Source: an uncultured bacterium (GTDB lineage: Bacteria > Fidelibacterota > Marinisomatia > Marinisomatales > UBA1611). From it: a stretch of DNA of 64,000 bases. Under the pieces are notes generated by a model, which saw only the letters and a program-made list of their open reading frames with translations, did no database searches and was not told the DNA's origin. The position numbers and the translations under genes were made by a program. Each line of letters begins with the position of its first letter. Position 1 is the stretch's first letter. This document shows, piece by piece, positions 35,871-45,898 of this stretch. The DNA lies in NCBI GenBank assembly GCA_963933175.1, contig CAWVTW010000001.1:143-64142 (forward strand), written 5' to 3'.

Positions 35871-37766
35871 TTAAAGATCTTTCCAGAAGGTATGCTCAAT
35901 ATTACCTACTGGTAAAACTTTATCGTCTTTTATTGCTTCCTGCAATAAGATATCCTTTTCTTCAGTGAACCACCAGTGTTGAAGAACATCATATAACCTA
36001 CCACCATATTTAGTCAACATATAATCGGGATATCCAAACTTATTCCAAAAAAGCAACCTAACAGGCGGCTCTCGTGAAAGACCCCAAGCTACCGGGTGTT
36101 CTTCGGAATAAAGACCATCTATTTCTTGAATGATCTTCACGCGCTTATTATGATCGAATTCTGTGTCATACAATGGTAATAACTCATCAACACGCTCGCT
36201 CTTGAAGCCTGTGATATTATTGTTATTTTTCATATCAGCTAAACTTGATTTCAATGATGTCTCTGGATTTGGATAGACCAGCCCACCCCAAGCCTGGAAA
36301 TCAACGGTAAAATTTCTATCCATTAAATTTTTCCAACGAGTCGTAGAATCAACAAATTTTATCTGCATGTCTATACCATACTCTTTAAGTATCTGCTGCA
36401 TTGGTGTTATTCGATATTCTGTTGATTTATTCACATCAATTGTAAAACTTAATTCTTTTCCTGTTTTTTGATGTATCCGAATCCCTCTTTTATTCCTCTC
36501 TACATACCCTGCTTCTTCTAAAAGTTTGATAGCTTGGGCTGGATTAAACTCAAACTTATTATTGTTGGGATTCTCATACTCGCTACCGGAATAAAGTGAA
36601 TTTTGAAGGTTGTACTCATTATATAATATTTCTTGGTTAAATTTTATTCGATCATATAGATAAGAGAATGCATACCTTACGCGTTTATCATCAAAAGGCC
36701 ATTTTCGCATATTAAATGCATATCCCCATGTGCCTGCCGGTTTATTTGAGTGTATCCGTCGTTTTTGTATCCAACCTTTATTGACTGCTTCAAAATTTGT
36801 TTCATCGACCCACATAGATGGCTTTCTTATTTCGAATATATCCGATTCACCTTTTTTCATTTTCTCGAACTGCAGAGCTGGGTTATCCTTTACTACATAT
36901 ATAGCAATTCTGTCAAAGTTATACCTATCCCTATTTTCTCTATCATCACTACCCCACCAATCATTCCTCCTCGTTAATGTATATGATTCTTGGTTGAAAA
37001 TATCTTCATCTTTAATAGTGTAAGGTCCAGTTCCAGGAAGCAATTTGAAATTATATTCTTCAAGATAAGCTGTTCCATCAAGATCTTTTAGGTAATGTTC
37101 TGGTAGAATCGCCATGCCACCAAAATAGAGCATATTGCGCCAGTTCAGCGTTTTGGACTTTACTTTGAGTAGGTACTTACTGATTTTCTCAGGACGCTCT
37201 ATCTTTCCATATGTAACTTGGGTAGATGGCATCAGTATGGTCTCATCCATTCTTAAATCGTATGAAGCAACTATATCATCTGCAGTAACTTCTTGACCAT
37301 CTGACCAACGAGCATCTGGATTTATCCTAAACCAAAATTCCATTTTATCTTCTGATAATTTCCAATGAGATGCAAGACCTGGAATAAACTCAAGCGTTAC
37401 TGGATGTGTGCCGAGCAAACTTTCATAACAGAGATCCATAATAATATAGTAATTCTCTGTGTAATTATGGTGTTGCCCAAGTACTCTGAATGTTGCAGGA
37501 AATCGACTAGATGTAAATTTTAAATTCCCTCCTTTTTTTGCTTCAGGACTTCCAAAATATTCATAATCACTCTCCTTAAAAGTATATGTTTCAAATCCCA
37601 TACTTTGAGCAATCTGATCGAATCCATACCCACCATCTTCGGCAGTAGTCGTAGTATCCTTTGGTATAAGATCATATTTGACCTTTGTCGAAGACGATGA
37701 TGAATTATTTCCGCCCCCACATCCAAACAAAATAAGTGTAAGTAGTATTAAAGTTATTTTTTTCAT
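35871..37766 (-). CDS. family-5 solute-binding lipoprotein (YejA/OppA-like)
   Basis: 631 aa with lipobox LILFGCGG. Its size and its position as first gene of the ABC operon fit a peptide-binding protein. Confidence 0.8.
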   Translation of the reverse strand: MKKITLILLTLILFGCGGGNNSSSSSTKVKYDLIPKDTTTTAEDGGYGFDQIAQSMGFETYTFKESDYEYFGSPEAKKGGNLKFTSSRFPATFRVLGQHHNYTENYYIIMDLCYESLLGTHPVTLEFIPGLASHWKLSEDKMEFWFRINPDARWSDGQEVTADDIVASYDLRMDETILMPSTQVTYGKIERPEKISKYLLKVKSKTLNWRNMLYFGGMAILPEHYLKDLDGTAYLEEYNFKLLPGTGPYTIKDEDIFNQESYTLTRRNDWWGSDDRENRDRYNFDRIAIYVVKDNPALQFEKMKKGESDIFEIRKPSMWVDETNFEAVNKGWIQKRRIHSNKPAGTWGYAFNMRKWPFDDKRVRYAFSYLYDRIKFNQEILYNEYNLQNSLYSGSEYENPNNNKFEFNPAQAIKLLEEAGYVERNKRGIRIHQKTGKELSFTIDVNKSTEYRITPMQQILKEYGIDMQIKFVDSTTRWKNLMDRNFTVDFQAWGGLVYPNPETSLKSSLADMKNNNNITGFKSERVDELLPLYDTEFDHNKRVKIIQEIDGLYSEEHPVAWGLSREPPVRLLFWNKFGYPDYMLTKYGGRLYDVLQHWWFTEEKDILLQEAIKDDKVLPVGNIEHTFWKDL

Positions 37767-37904
37767 TATAGTATTTTTAGGACCAAAACCCTGTTATTGA
37801 TGTTTAAAAAAGGGTGAAAATATAGGGAGTGGGTCATTGAAATAATATCTTAATTCTAAAATGGAGTCTGACCCTATAAAGAACTTTCAAAAAGGGCTCT
37901 TCCT

Positions 37905-38243
37905 TTATTTCGTGGCTAGCCCTAATCCAATGAAATAATAAATCATAACTAGAAAAACGAGAACTGAGAAAGTAGGTGTGAAAGAAGCCATGGTTTTGGC
38001 TTTTTTGTAGTCGCGTTGCCAATCCTTATAAACAATCTGTTCTATGAACTTTTCGCCTCCATCATGTTCGCAAGCTTTCATTAATTTTCGAAATCTTGGA
38101 ATATCTTTTATTGGAATAGCTTTAATCCCTTTTTTTTCTGCGAGATTGAGTAATGGATCTTCACAAGGACTAGGCCTATCGACCATTGATTCTTGCCCAA
38201 ATAAAAACACGAACAAAAGTATGATGGAAATGAATTGCTTCAT
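37905..38243 (-). CDS. hypothetical protein with signal peptide and C-terminal TM helix
   Basis: 112 aa with a 4-nt overlap with the upstream 237-aa gene. No family recognised. Confidence 0.45.
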   Translation of the reverse strand: MKQFISIILLFVFLFGQESMVDRPSPCEDPLLNLAEKKGIKAIPIKDIPRFRKLMKACEHDGGEKFIEQIVYKDWQRDYKKAKTMASFTPTFSVLVFLVMIYYFIGLGLATK

Positions 38244-38953
38244 TTAAAACCATAAAACACTTTAAAAGAGAATATGGGTAATTCGTCAATTTTCATTATT
38301 GGACCTGTTACTTCTTTCTTTTGGAGACGCCATTTATCATTTTTGTAAGAATTGTCCATAAAACCCATTTTCATATCCAATCCGATGCGTGTTGATAAAT
38401 AGTAACGAATACCAATCATCCCGGAAAATCCAATCCAATCATTGATCATAGCATCTGTTGCACCCAAATCTGATACAGGTTTCGAAACACCAAAACTATT
38501 TATGAGCTGATTCCAATCTTCAGATTTATCCCCGGGTGTTGTATCCACATAAATTCTGCCGCGTCCCCAAATCGGAGTTAAGGTAAAATTAAGTTCTATT
38601 CTTGGTTTCCAACGAAAATAAGTTTCTAAGGGAAACATCCTATAAATAATCGTTCGACGATATACAGCTTTAGAATTAATCAAATCCAATTTCCCTGCTT
38701 CAAAAGATGAATAGGAATTATACCCCAATCGGGCATTACTGAAAAATTCGTAATATACAGCCCAATTAAGAAGAAAATTTCGATTCAACATAGTCCCCGT
38801 AGGAAAACGGACATCAATATTTTCATCGAAACCAGATAGAGTTGGTTCATATAAACCAAGCCCCAAGCCGACACTAATTTTAGGTTGTGCCAACGAAAAA
38901 GATCCCAAAAAAAGAAAAAGAGAAAGAAAGAAACGTAGGATTTGACTCTTCAT
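38240..38953 (-). CDS. hypothetical outer-membrane beta-barrel-like protein
   Basis: Signal peptide (FLFLGSFSLAQP), alternating aromatic/hydrophilic beta-strand pattern, and a C-terminal ..FSFKVFYGFK ending in an aromatic-rich strand. Confidence 0.5.
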   Translation of the reverse strand: MKSQILRFFLSLFLFLGSFSLAQPKISVGLGLGLYEPTLSGFDENIDVRFPTGTMLNRNFLLNWAVYYEFFSNARLGYNSYSSFEAGKLDLINSKAVYRRTIIYRMFPLETYFRWKPRIELNFTLTPIWGRGRIYVDTTPGDKSEDWNQLINSFGVSKPVSDLGATDAMINDWIGFSGMIGIRYYLSTRIGLDMKMGFMDNSYKNDKWRLQKKEVTGPIMKIDELPIFSFKVFYGFK

Positions 38954-38976
38954 ACAAGGTTCTTAATTTAAGCCCC

Positions 38977-39840
38977 ATGAAACAGATGATGAGCATATTC
39001 CTTTTTATTATTTCAGTATTGTGGCCGAATTCCCAGAATACTGATGTCCAACACGTAATTGTGAAATACAATGGCGAGTCAATCGTTGCATCCGTTGACT
39101 CCATTGGAAAGGAGTTTGTACACTTTTTCTCTAAAGATATAGGCGACTCAGATTCACTTTACTTGAGAGATGTTTATTACATCTACAATGATTTTAATCG
39201 GGTTTTTCACAGTAGTTGGAGTTTTGAACAGAATCTACAAAAAATGAATCATCGAACTGGAACCATCTATACCTTGAGTGGCGATACTATTAATTTTTTG
39301 GATATACAATTCAATAACGATATGATAAATCCGGAATTATTTATAAAAACTGGTATCAATCAGTCTGAATTTATTCCCCTCCTTCATATCGAAAAAATAA
39401 AAACAGATTATTCAATACTTGAATATTCTATTGAACGGGGATTCTTCTACTCTTTTTATACGTTCCTTATTGGTGCTACCCTAGATATAAGAATCAAATG
39501 GGATAAAGACCGAAGATTGATACCGCAAGTTTGGGATCAATATAATGATCTACTTCCAAAAGCAAGTTTTATAGGGCTGTATGAAAAAGGTGTGACCTAT
39601 GAATCTATTTCATATATCATTCCTATATCTGTTTTAACATCTATGATTTATGACCTTTGGAAACAGAAACAATCATTTTATTTCACACCGGTTTATGAAG
39701 AAGGAATATTTGGAAGGAATATGTATGTTTTTTCATTGAAACACATAGCTTCCACCTACGCACAACGGATGTTATTTCGAATTGAAAAAACTAAATTCGG
39801 TAATAATGTCTTTAGGTGGATTCGCAAAAATAGTTTGTAA
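38977..39840 (+). CDS. hypothetical membrane protein, first gene of the Big_7 lipoprotein operon
   Basis: The track ORF starts at 38887 but would overlap the divergent gene by 67 nt. The in-frame ATG at 38977 gives MKQMMSIFLFIISVLWPNSQ (signal-like). Internal hydrophobic helices are present. Confidence 0.5.
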   Translation: MKQMMSIFLFIISVLWPNSQNTDVQHVIVKYNGESIVASVDSIGKEFVHFFSKDIGDSDSLYLRDVYYIYNDFNRVFHSSWSFEQNLQKMNHRTGTIYTLSGDTINFLDIQFNNDMINPELFIKTGINQSEFIPLLHIEKIKTDYSILEYSIERGFFYSFYTFLIGATLDIRIKWDKDRRLIPQVWDQYNDLLPKASFIGLYEKGVTYESISYIIPISVLTSMIYDLWKQKQSFYFTPVYEEGIFGRNMYVFSLKHIASTYAQRMLFRIEKTKFGNNVFRWIRKNSL

Positions 39841-39849
39841 ATTTCAGTC

Positions 39850-41682
39850 ATGATTCCAAGTTCTAAATTCTTATCAAATTTTGGGATAATCATTATTGCC
39901 CTTTTCACCCTATCTTGTGAAACTGTGGAATTGCCCATCGCTGATACAACCCCACCGCAAGCCGTCTTAATATATCCTGTTGATGGCATATCCGTGGCAG
40001 GTGATATTACTGTTCTTGCACGTGCGACAGACAATGAAGAAGTTGATTCCGTACAGTTCTATATAAACCAAATAAAGGTTGGTACAGATAATTCTGGAGT
40101 AGATGATATTTTTGATTTTGAATGGAAAACTGGAGATTATACAGAGGATGAGTTTCATTTTGTATCTATCATTGCATATGATAAGGTACAAAATGCATAT
40201 GCATCTTTTCCAATCCGAATTAAAGCAGATAATCATGATAATGAACCCCCAACTGCATTTTTATTAAATCCATTCTCTGGACAATATGTGAGTGGAATCG
40301 TTAATATTACTGTTGAAGCATCCGATAATGACAGTATACAATATGTGAGTTATTATGTGAATAATGTTCTTCAGGGTTATGTTTTAGAGCCACCCTACAT
40401 TTTTCCATGGAATACTCTTTTGTATTTGGATGACCATTATTCTATTTATGCTCTCGTACGCGATATGAGCAACAATTTAACCACTGTTCCTCCTGTCAAC
40501 GTGATTATTGATAATAATCAACAAAATGATATAACTCCACCAACCGGTTCTATTGTCAGTCCACCCGCCGGATTAACCGTAAGCGGAAGCGTTGATATCA
40601 TTGTTAGTGCAAGTGATAATAGAGCTATGGATGAAGTCGCTTTTTCCATTGATGGTACTTACATCATATCGGATGGTGAAGCACCATACCATTATTCATG
40701 GGATACCACATTGGAAGAAGAAGATATAGAACATACTATCAGTGTTGTTTTGATAGATCTGGCTGGCAATGAATCTCCTTTAAACCCCATTTCTGTTTTT
40801 GTAGATAATGATCCAGCGGGAGATATAACACCGCCAATCGTATTGATCACGAATCCGGTGGCGGGTCAGGATTTAACTGGAACAGTTTCAATCGAAGTAT
40901 TAGCTGAAGATGATTTTGGCATGGATCGAGTTGAATTTTTTATCAATGGTGATTCTGTCCATACGGATACTTCTGATGCATTTAATTATATTTGGGACAC
41001 CGAGACAGTTACCGATGATATGGACCATATTATTGCAGTGGTTGGCTTTGATTTGGATGGGAATGCAACCCTTGCCCCGCCAATCGCAGTCTATGTAGAT
41101 AATTTTGATAATATTCATCCTACTGGTCAAATCCAAAACCCGGTTGCAGGACAAACAGTCACAGGGACAATCACGGTCGAAATTTCAGCCACAGATAATA
41201 TTGGTGTAGAACAAGTCAACTTGTCTATTGACGGTATTCCAAGAGACACTTTAACCACTTCCCCTTACACTTATGAATGGGATACAACAAGTGAGACCGA
41301 CGATGAAGATCATGTCATTAGTATCATTGTTTCTGATTCATCTGATAATATAAGCTATGTGCCTCCAGTGAGTGTTTTTGTAAATAATATCATTGATGAC
41401 ATCACACCGCCTGTTGTGTCTATCTCGAATCCTCTTTCCGGACAAACTGTGAGTGATACTGTTTCCTTTACAGTACAGGCAGTAGATGACTTTGGTGTGA
41501 ATAATGTTGAATTCTTTATCGATGGAGAATCAATTGGTACTGATTACACGGAACCTTATCAAATTGATTGGGACACAACGCCTTTGGAAAATGAAAGCCA
41601 GCATACTTTATCTGCGTACGTAACGGATGATGCAGGGCATACCACAATTGCTCAACCAATTCTCGTAACAATATCCAATTGA
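39850..41682 (+). CDS. surface lipoprotein with six Big_7-type bacterial Ig-like repeats
   Basis: Lipobox LFTLSCE. Six repeats of about 95 aa follow the pattern D(I/T)TPP...I..P..GQ.VSG.V.I.V.A.D..G...VEF.IDG.....D...PY.Y.WDT.......H.I......D..GN. Confidence 0.75.
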   Translation: MIPSSKFLSNFGIIIIALFTLSCETVELPIADTTPPQAVLIYPVDGISVAGDITVLARATDNEEVDSVQFYINQIKVGTDNSGVDDIFDFEWKTGDYTEDEFHFVSIIAYDKVQNAYASFPIRIKADNHDNEPPTAFLLNPFSGQYVSGIVNITVEASDNDSIQYVSYYVNNVLQGYVLEPPYIFPWNTLLYLDDHYSIYALVRDMSNNLTTVPPVNVIIDNNQQNDITPPTGSIVSPPAGLTVSGSVDIIVSASDNRAMDEVAFSIDGTYIISDGEAPYHYSWDTTLEEEDIEHTISVVLIDLAGNESPLNPISVFVDNDPAGDITPPIVLITNPVAGQDLTGTVSIEVLAEDDFGMDRVEFFINGDSVHTDTSDAFNYIWDTETVTDDMDHIIAVVGFDLDGNATLAPPIAVYVDNFDNIHPTGQIQNPVAGQTVTGTITVEISATDNIGVEQVNLSIDGIPRDTLTTSPYTYEWDTTSETDDEDHVISIIVSDSSDNISYVPPVSVFVNNIIDDITPPVVSISNPLSGQTVSDTVSFTVQAVDDFGVNNVEFFIDGESIGTDYTEPYQIDWDTTPLENESQHTLSAYVTDDAGHTTIAQPILVTISN

Positions 41683-44507
41683 TGAAATCTTTTAACCTAA
41701 ATATCATTTTAATTGCCATTCTGTCATTGAGTTGTGAAGGCCCCATGTTCAAAGTCCAAAAGGAACCCGATTCCATTCCTCCTACATTAACCATCACATT
41801 CCCACCTGATCAAGCAATCTTGTCTGATACAGTGCTTGTGTCGGCATATGCGTTTGATAATGTTGAATTAGGCATGGTGACTATGTATTTGAATGATTCT
41901 GTTATCATTTCAAGTAAAGACGCCCCCTACGAATACACATGGATCACGACCGATTATGCAGAAGATGAACAACATACTATTTGGGCCAAAGCAGAAGATG
42001 CTGCAGGTAATTTGACTCAAACCAATCCTATCCGCATATTAATCGATAATTTAGATAATATCAATCCAACCGGCACATTGATCTTCCCTTATACCGGTCA
42101 GACACTTTCTGGAGAAATCACTATTATTGTCGAAGCAAATGATAATGAAGAAGTTGCATTTGTGAATGTCTATATTGATGGTGATACCGTTGCCACGCTT
42201 ACTGAGTCTCCCTATACTTATAATTGGGATACATCGGTTGAAGTTGATGATATTACTTATACCATACACGTTCATATCCAGGATATAACAGGAAACCAGA
42301 TTACCCTCGGTCCAATCAGTGTATTAATTGATAATTATGAAGCTGATGATAATATCCCTCCAACAGGCACAATTATTCACCCACCTTCAGCAGCAACTGT
42401 TTCAGAAACTATTCTTATACAAGTTTCCGCATATGATAACGTTGAAATGGGCTTTGTAGATTTTATCATTGATGGATCCTTCGCAGGACAGGATTCAGTC
42501 TTACCTTATGAATATCTATGGAATACAACGGTAGAAGCTGAAGACGCAGAACATATTATTAATGTAAATCTTACCGATGCAGTCGGGAATACTACCGCTC
42601 TTTTCCCTGTTACGGTTCGTGTTAATAATATTGATGAACCAGATGTGATACCACCAAATGTGGTTATTTACGAACCAGCAGCCAATCAAACAGTTTCCGG
42701 TATGGTGAATATCACAGCAATCGCTTCTGATAATGTAAGCATCAACCGAATCGAGTTTTACCATAATTATGAATTAGAATTCTTAGTGACCTCTTACCCA
42801 TATCAATATGAATGGAATTCAACAACCGCTGAAGATGATTCTGAGCATATCTGGTATGTTAAAGCTTTTGATACCAGTGAGAATAATACACAAACACAAC
42901 CTATTGCCGTTTTTGTGGATAATGAAGATGATATTCCACCTACCGGTTTCATTCTTTATCCCTACGCCGGTCAAACGGTGAGCGGCGTTGTACAGATTCA
43001 GGTCTCAGTATCAGATAATTTAGGAATAGATCAAGTAGAATTTTTTATTGATGGTAATACGGTAGAAATTGATTCTGAATATCCTTATACCCACGATTGG
43101 AATACAGAATTAGCTGCAGAAGATGATGACCACGTCATTTCCATTACGATAACAGATTTAGGAGAAAACTCAACAGATGTCTCCCCTATTGCTGTTTTGG
43201 TTAATAATGTTGTCACACCAGAAGATGACACAACACCACCAGTGCTGGCAATACTTACACCCATTTCAAGTCAAACAGTTGGTGATACCGTTTTAATCTC
43301 TGGTTTTGCCATAGACAACATGGGAATTGCGGATGTGAAATTTTATGTGGATGATGAATTAGTAGCAACAGTAAGCGACTCTCCTTATACGCATAATTGG
43401 GTAACGTATGAACTATCTAACGGATCAGAACATGTGATACAAATGACTGCAAGTGATCTATCAGACAACTTAACAACCGCTCAACCGGTCGTTGTAACTG
43501 TTCAAAATGAATATTATGGAGCAATAGAGAACTTTTCATTATCTGTTTCAGAGGGAAATATCTCCTTGAGCTGGGATTCTCCATACAATGCTGAAACATT
43601 CAAAGTATATAGGGATAGCGTTTTCTTGGCTGAAATATCAGACCAAAGCTATGATGATACTATTGAGAGTGGGGTTGAGTATTGTTATCAAATTTCTGCA
43701 GTAAATAGTGTTGGGATCGAAGGTCCTGTATCCGAAGAAGAATGTGGTGTCCCGCAATTACCGGCTCCGGATTCTTTTAGTGCTACCATTAACGATACAA
43801 ATTTAACTCTGGTTTGGGCTGCAGTGAATAATGCATCCGGGTATATTTTATACCGTGATAATACAGAAATTTGGAATGGCACAGCCTTGACCTTGACAGA
43901 TTTGGGTTTGACTTATAATACCACATATATCTATAACGTGGTTGCCTTTGATTTTGATGGAACCAATGGTACAGAATCAGATCCTTTAAGTGTAACTATG
44001 CCTGAAGAACTCATCGCGCCTATTCTTTCAATTTATGTTTTAGGAACAGATGGATCTTTAAGTTGGACATCATTATCATCTGCAACAGCTTATCGAGTTC
44101 ATCAAGACAGCGTTTTTATTGTAGAAGTCACAACAACTAATTATGAGACTGAGTTAATCCACGGCGTTGAGACTTGCTTTACAGTCACTGCAATTAATGA
44201 TGTTGGTTCAGAGAGTGATTCATCCAATGTAGTATGCGGAACCGGAGATTTTACACCACCTGTTCTGTCTCTTTCAATCACTGAATCAACAATCACTGAA
44301 TCAACGGCTTCTCTTAGCTGGAATTCTGTGGTATCAGCAGAAACTTACAGAGTGTATCAGGATACTAATTTCCTGATCGAAGTTTCTGAAATAACATTAG
44401 ATCTTGAAATTCCTATTGATACAGAAACTTGTTTCGAGATCGAAGCTGTAAATAGTTATGGCACTACAAGCGATACTTCTAATGTAGAATGTGGGACTGG
44501 ATCTTAG
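41682..44507 (+). CDS. surface lipoprotein with six Big_7-type Ig-like repeats and four Fn3-like modules
   Basis: Lipobox LSLSCEG. Six Big_7-like repeats are followed by four modules of type ..SLSW......A..Y.VY(R/Q)D......(V/I)........D......CY/F.(V/I).A(V/I)N..G.(E/S)S. The ATG at 41682 overlaps the upstream TGA (TGATG). Confidence 0.75.
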   Translation: MKSFNLNIILIAILSLSCEGPMFKVQKEPDSIPPTLTITFPPDQAILSDTVLVSAYAFDNVELGMVTMYLNDSVIISSKDAPYEYTWITTDYAEDEQHTIWAKAEDAAGNLTQTNPIRILIDNLDNINPTGTLIFPYTGQTLSGEITIIVEANDNEEVAFVNVYIDGDTVATLTESPYTYNWDTSVEVDDITYTIHVHIQDITGNQITLGPISVLIDNYEADDNIPPTGTIIHPPSAATVSETILIQVSAYDNVEMGFVDFIIDGSFAGQDSVLPYEYLWNTTVEAEDAEHIINVNLTDAVGNTTALFPVTVRVNNIDEPDVIPPNVVIYEPAANQTVSGMVNITAIASDNVSINRIEFYHNYELEFLVTSYPYQYEWNSTTAEDDSEHIWYVKAFDTSENNTQTQPIAVFVDNEDDIPPTGFILYPYAGQTVSGVVQIQVSVSDNLGIDQVEFFIDGNTVEIDSEYPYTHDWNTELAAEDDDHVISITITDLGENSTDVSPIAVLVNNVVTPEDDTTPPVLAILTPISSQTVGDTVLISGFAIDNMGIADVKFYVDDELVATVSDSPYTHNWVTYELSNGSEHVIQMTASDLSDNLTTAQPVVVTVQNEYYGAIENFSLSVSEGNISLSWDSPYNAETFKVYRDSVFLAEISDQSYDDTIESGVEYCYQISAVNSVGIEGPVSEEECGVPQLPAPDSFSATINDTNLTLVWAAVNNASGYILYRDNTEIWNGTALTLTDLGLTYNTTYIYNVVAFDFDGTNGTESDPLSVTMPEELIAPILSIYVLGTDGSLSWTSLSSATAYRVHQDSVFIVEVTTTNYETELIHGVETCFTVTAINDVGSESDSSNVVCGTGDFTPPVLSLSITESTITESTASLSWNSVVSAETYRVYQDTNFLIEVSEITLDLEIPIDTETCFEIEAVNSYGTTSDTSNVECGTGS

Positions 44508-45259
44508 GGGAAAAACTTATCACCATCACAATCATTTAAAGAATGAACCAAATGAATTGTGTCATAATTACCAGAACTAAATGAGATTGTTCCCGAATCG
44601 GGATTAGAAAGGTTTATCGAATAATATTCAGGTAATCTATTATAATTGACAGTCTCAAGCCCTGAACTATCTTCATTAAATTCAAATACTGTATAATTAT
44701 AAATCATCCAGCCATTTCCTATCCAGTTTATGGAATCCAAATACGACTCCGAAGATAATGTCATTTCCGCAATCGTGTCAAACATTGATGACAATGTATC
44801 ATTACCCATATTCAGGTAGATTGTAGAAGGTATGCTATAATTGACCGGTTGGACACAAATTGTTATCGAATCATAATTTGAGAAAGTCCAATTCCCAGAT
44901 GGTTTATAACATTCAATGAAAATAGAGTCCGAAAATTCACCAGTATTTGTGGATTGATCTTTCGCTCTTATCTTATATCCAAATGATTCCTGCCAAATGA
45001 TTGTCGTATCTGAGAAAGATAAAACAGATGCACCTACTTTTGATAATGAGTCAAAAGACTGGCCCAAATCAGTAGTCCTGAATATATGGTATTCGCTTAC
45101 ATCATCTGATGCGGATTCATACCAGGTGATTTGAATTCTAGGGTTACCATTATTAAGCGTAAAAAAGCCTCGAAGTCCAGTCGGGTAATCTGGAGCATCT
45201 TCATCAATATCACAGCCTACAAATAATAAGAAAACAATTAAAAATATTTTACGGGTCAT
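44504..45259 (-). CDS. hypothetical lipoprotein with one Fn3-like module
   Basis: Lipobox LLFVGCD. The segment IQITWYESASDDVSEYHIFRT...FGYKIRAKDQSTNTGEFS is Fn3-like. It is convergent with the 942-aa gene. Confidence 0.5.
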   Translation of the reverse strand: MTRKIFLIVFLLFVGCDIDEDAPDYPTGLRGFFTLNNGNPRIQITWYESASDDVSEYHIFRTTDLGQSFDSLSKVGASVLSFSDTTIIWQESFGYKIRAKDQSTNTGEFSDSIFIECYKPSGNWTFSNYDSITICVQPVNYSIPSTIYLNMGNDTLSSMFDTIAEMTLSSESYLDSINWIGNGWMIYNYTVFEFNEDSSGLETVNYNRLPEYYSINLSNPDSGTISFSSGNYDTIHLVHSLNDCDGDKFFP

Positions 45260-45288
45260 GATAGAGATTATAGGAATTATTTGAAATT

Positions 45289-45318
45289 AAAAAGCCCCGA
45301 TTTCTCGGGGCTTTTTTT
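45289..45318. terminator. strong bidirectional rho-independent terminator downstream of tRNA-Gly
   Basis: aaaaAGCCCCGA-tttc-TCGGGGCTtttttt, a perfect 8-bp stem flanked by A and T runs. Confidence 0.85.
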
Positions 45319-45321
45319 ATG

Positions 45322-45394
45322 AGCGAGAGACGAGATTCGAACTCGCGACCCCCACGTTGGCAACGTGATGCTCTACCAGCTGAGCTACTCTCGC
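45322..45394 (-). tRNA. tRNA-Gly (anticodon GCC)
   Basis: The reverse complement is gcgagagtagctcagctggtagagcatcacgttgccaacgtgggggtcgcgagttcgaatctcgtctctcgct. It forms a cloverleaf with anticodon loop TTGCCAA and T loop TTCGAAT. Confidence 0.93.
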
Positions 45395-45448
45395 ATTGTA
45401 AATGATCATAAATCTTAAAATAGAGCCCGAAAAATTACTTTTTGGATA

Positions 45449-45898
45449 TTAGTCTGACAACGGAGTTTTTGGGAATAATTCGAAAAGTTTTTGCTGCCGC
45501 TGCCAAACCAAATAGGATGCACCAAGAAAAACTAAGTTTTCTAAAATTTTATTCCATCCTACCATTTCGCCTTCTTTTAACCCACAACCACATTCTATAT
45601 TAAATCCTCGAAGCGTGGCTTGAAAAATGAATAAAATGAATAGTGCCATCAAACCACCACTGATCATTGATGCACCATCTACCATCAAACCGGCAACCAA
45701 TCCAATGCCTATAAATAATTCTAACCATGGAATTATCAGGGCTATTAAATTTTCAAACCCCATGGGTATTAAATGATAATTGGCTATATCACGTGCAAAT
45801 TTCCCAGGATCAAGAATCTTATCATAACTTGCATAAATAAAAATAATCCCAAGTAGGATCCTTATTATAACGATTAGCCAAGGATGAAGTTTATTCAT
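45449..45898 (-). CDS. MauE/DoxX-family redox-associated membrane protein
   Basis: Four hydrophobic helices and the loop motif FNIECGCG, as in the MauE/DoxX family (recognised from memory). The ATG at 45898 overlaps the rhodanese stop by 8 nt. Confidence 0.65.
   Translation of the reverse strand: MNKLHPWLIVIIRILLGIIFIYASYDKILDPGKFARDIANYHLIPMGFENLIALIIPWLELFIGIGLVAGLMVDGASMISGGLMALFILFIFQATLRGFNIECGCGLKEGEMVGWNKILENLVFLGASYLVWQRQQKLFELFPKTPLSD

Noticed and set aside
38887-38976. N-terminal extension (MPTKKIPKKEKEKERN...) of the 317-aa track ORF.
   Set aside because: It would overlap the divergent 237-aa gene by 67 nt and is low-complexity Lys/Glu. The in-frame ATG at 38977 gives a signal-like N-terminus.
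44504-44507. Convergent genes whose stop codons overlap (TTAG read as TAG on plus and TAA on minus).
   Set aside because: This is a compact-genome curiosity, and no functional implication can be supported.
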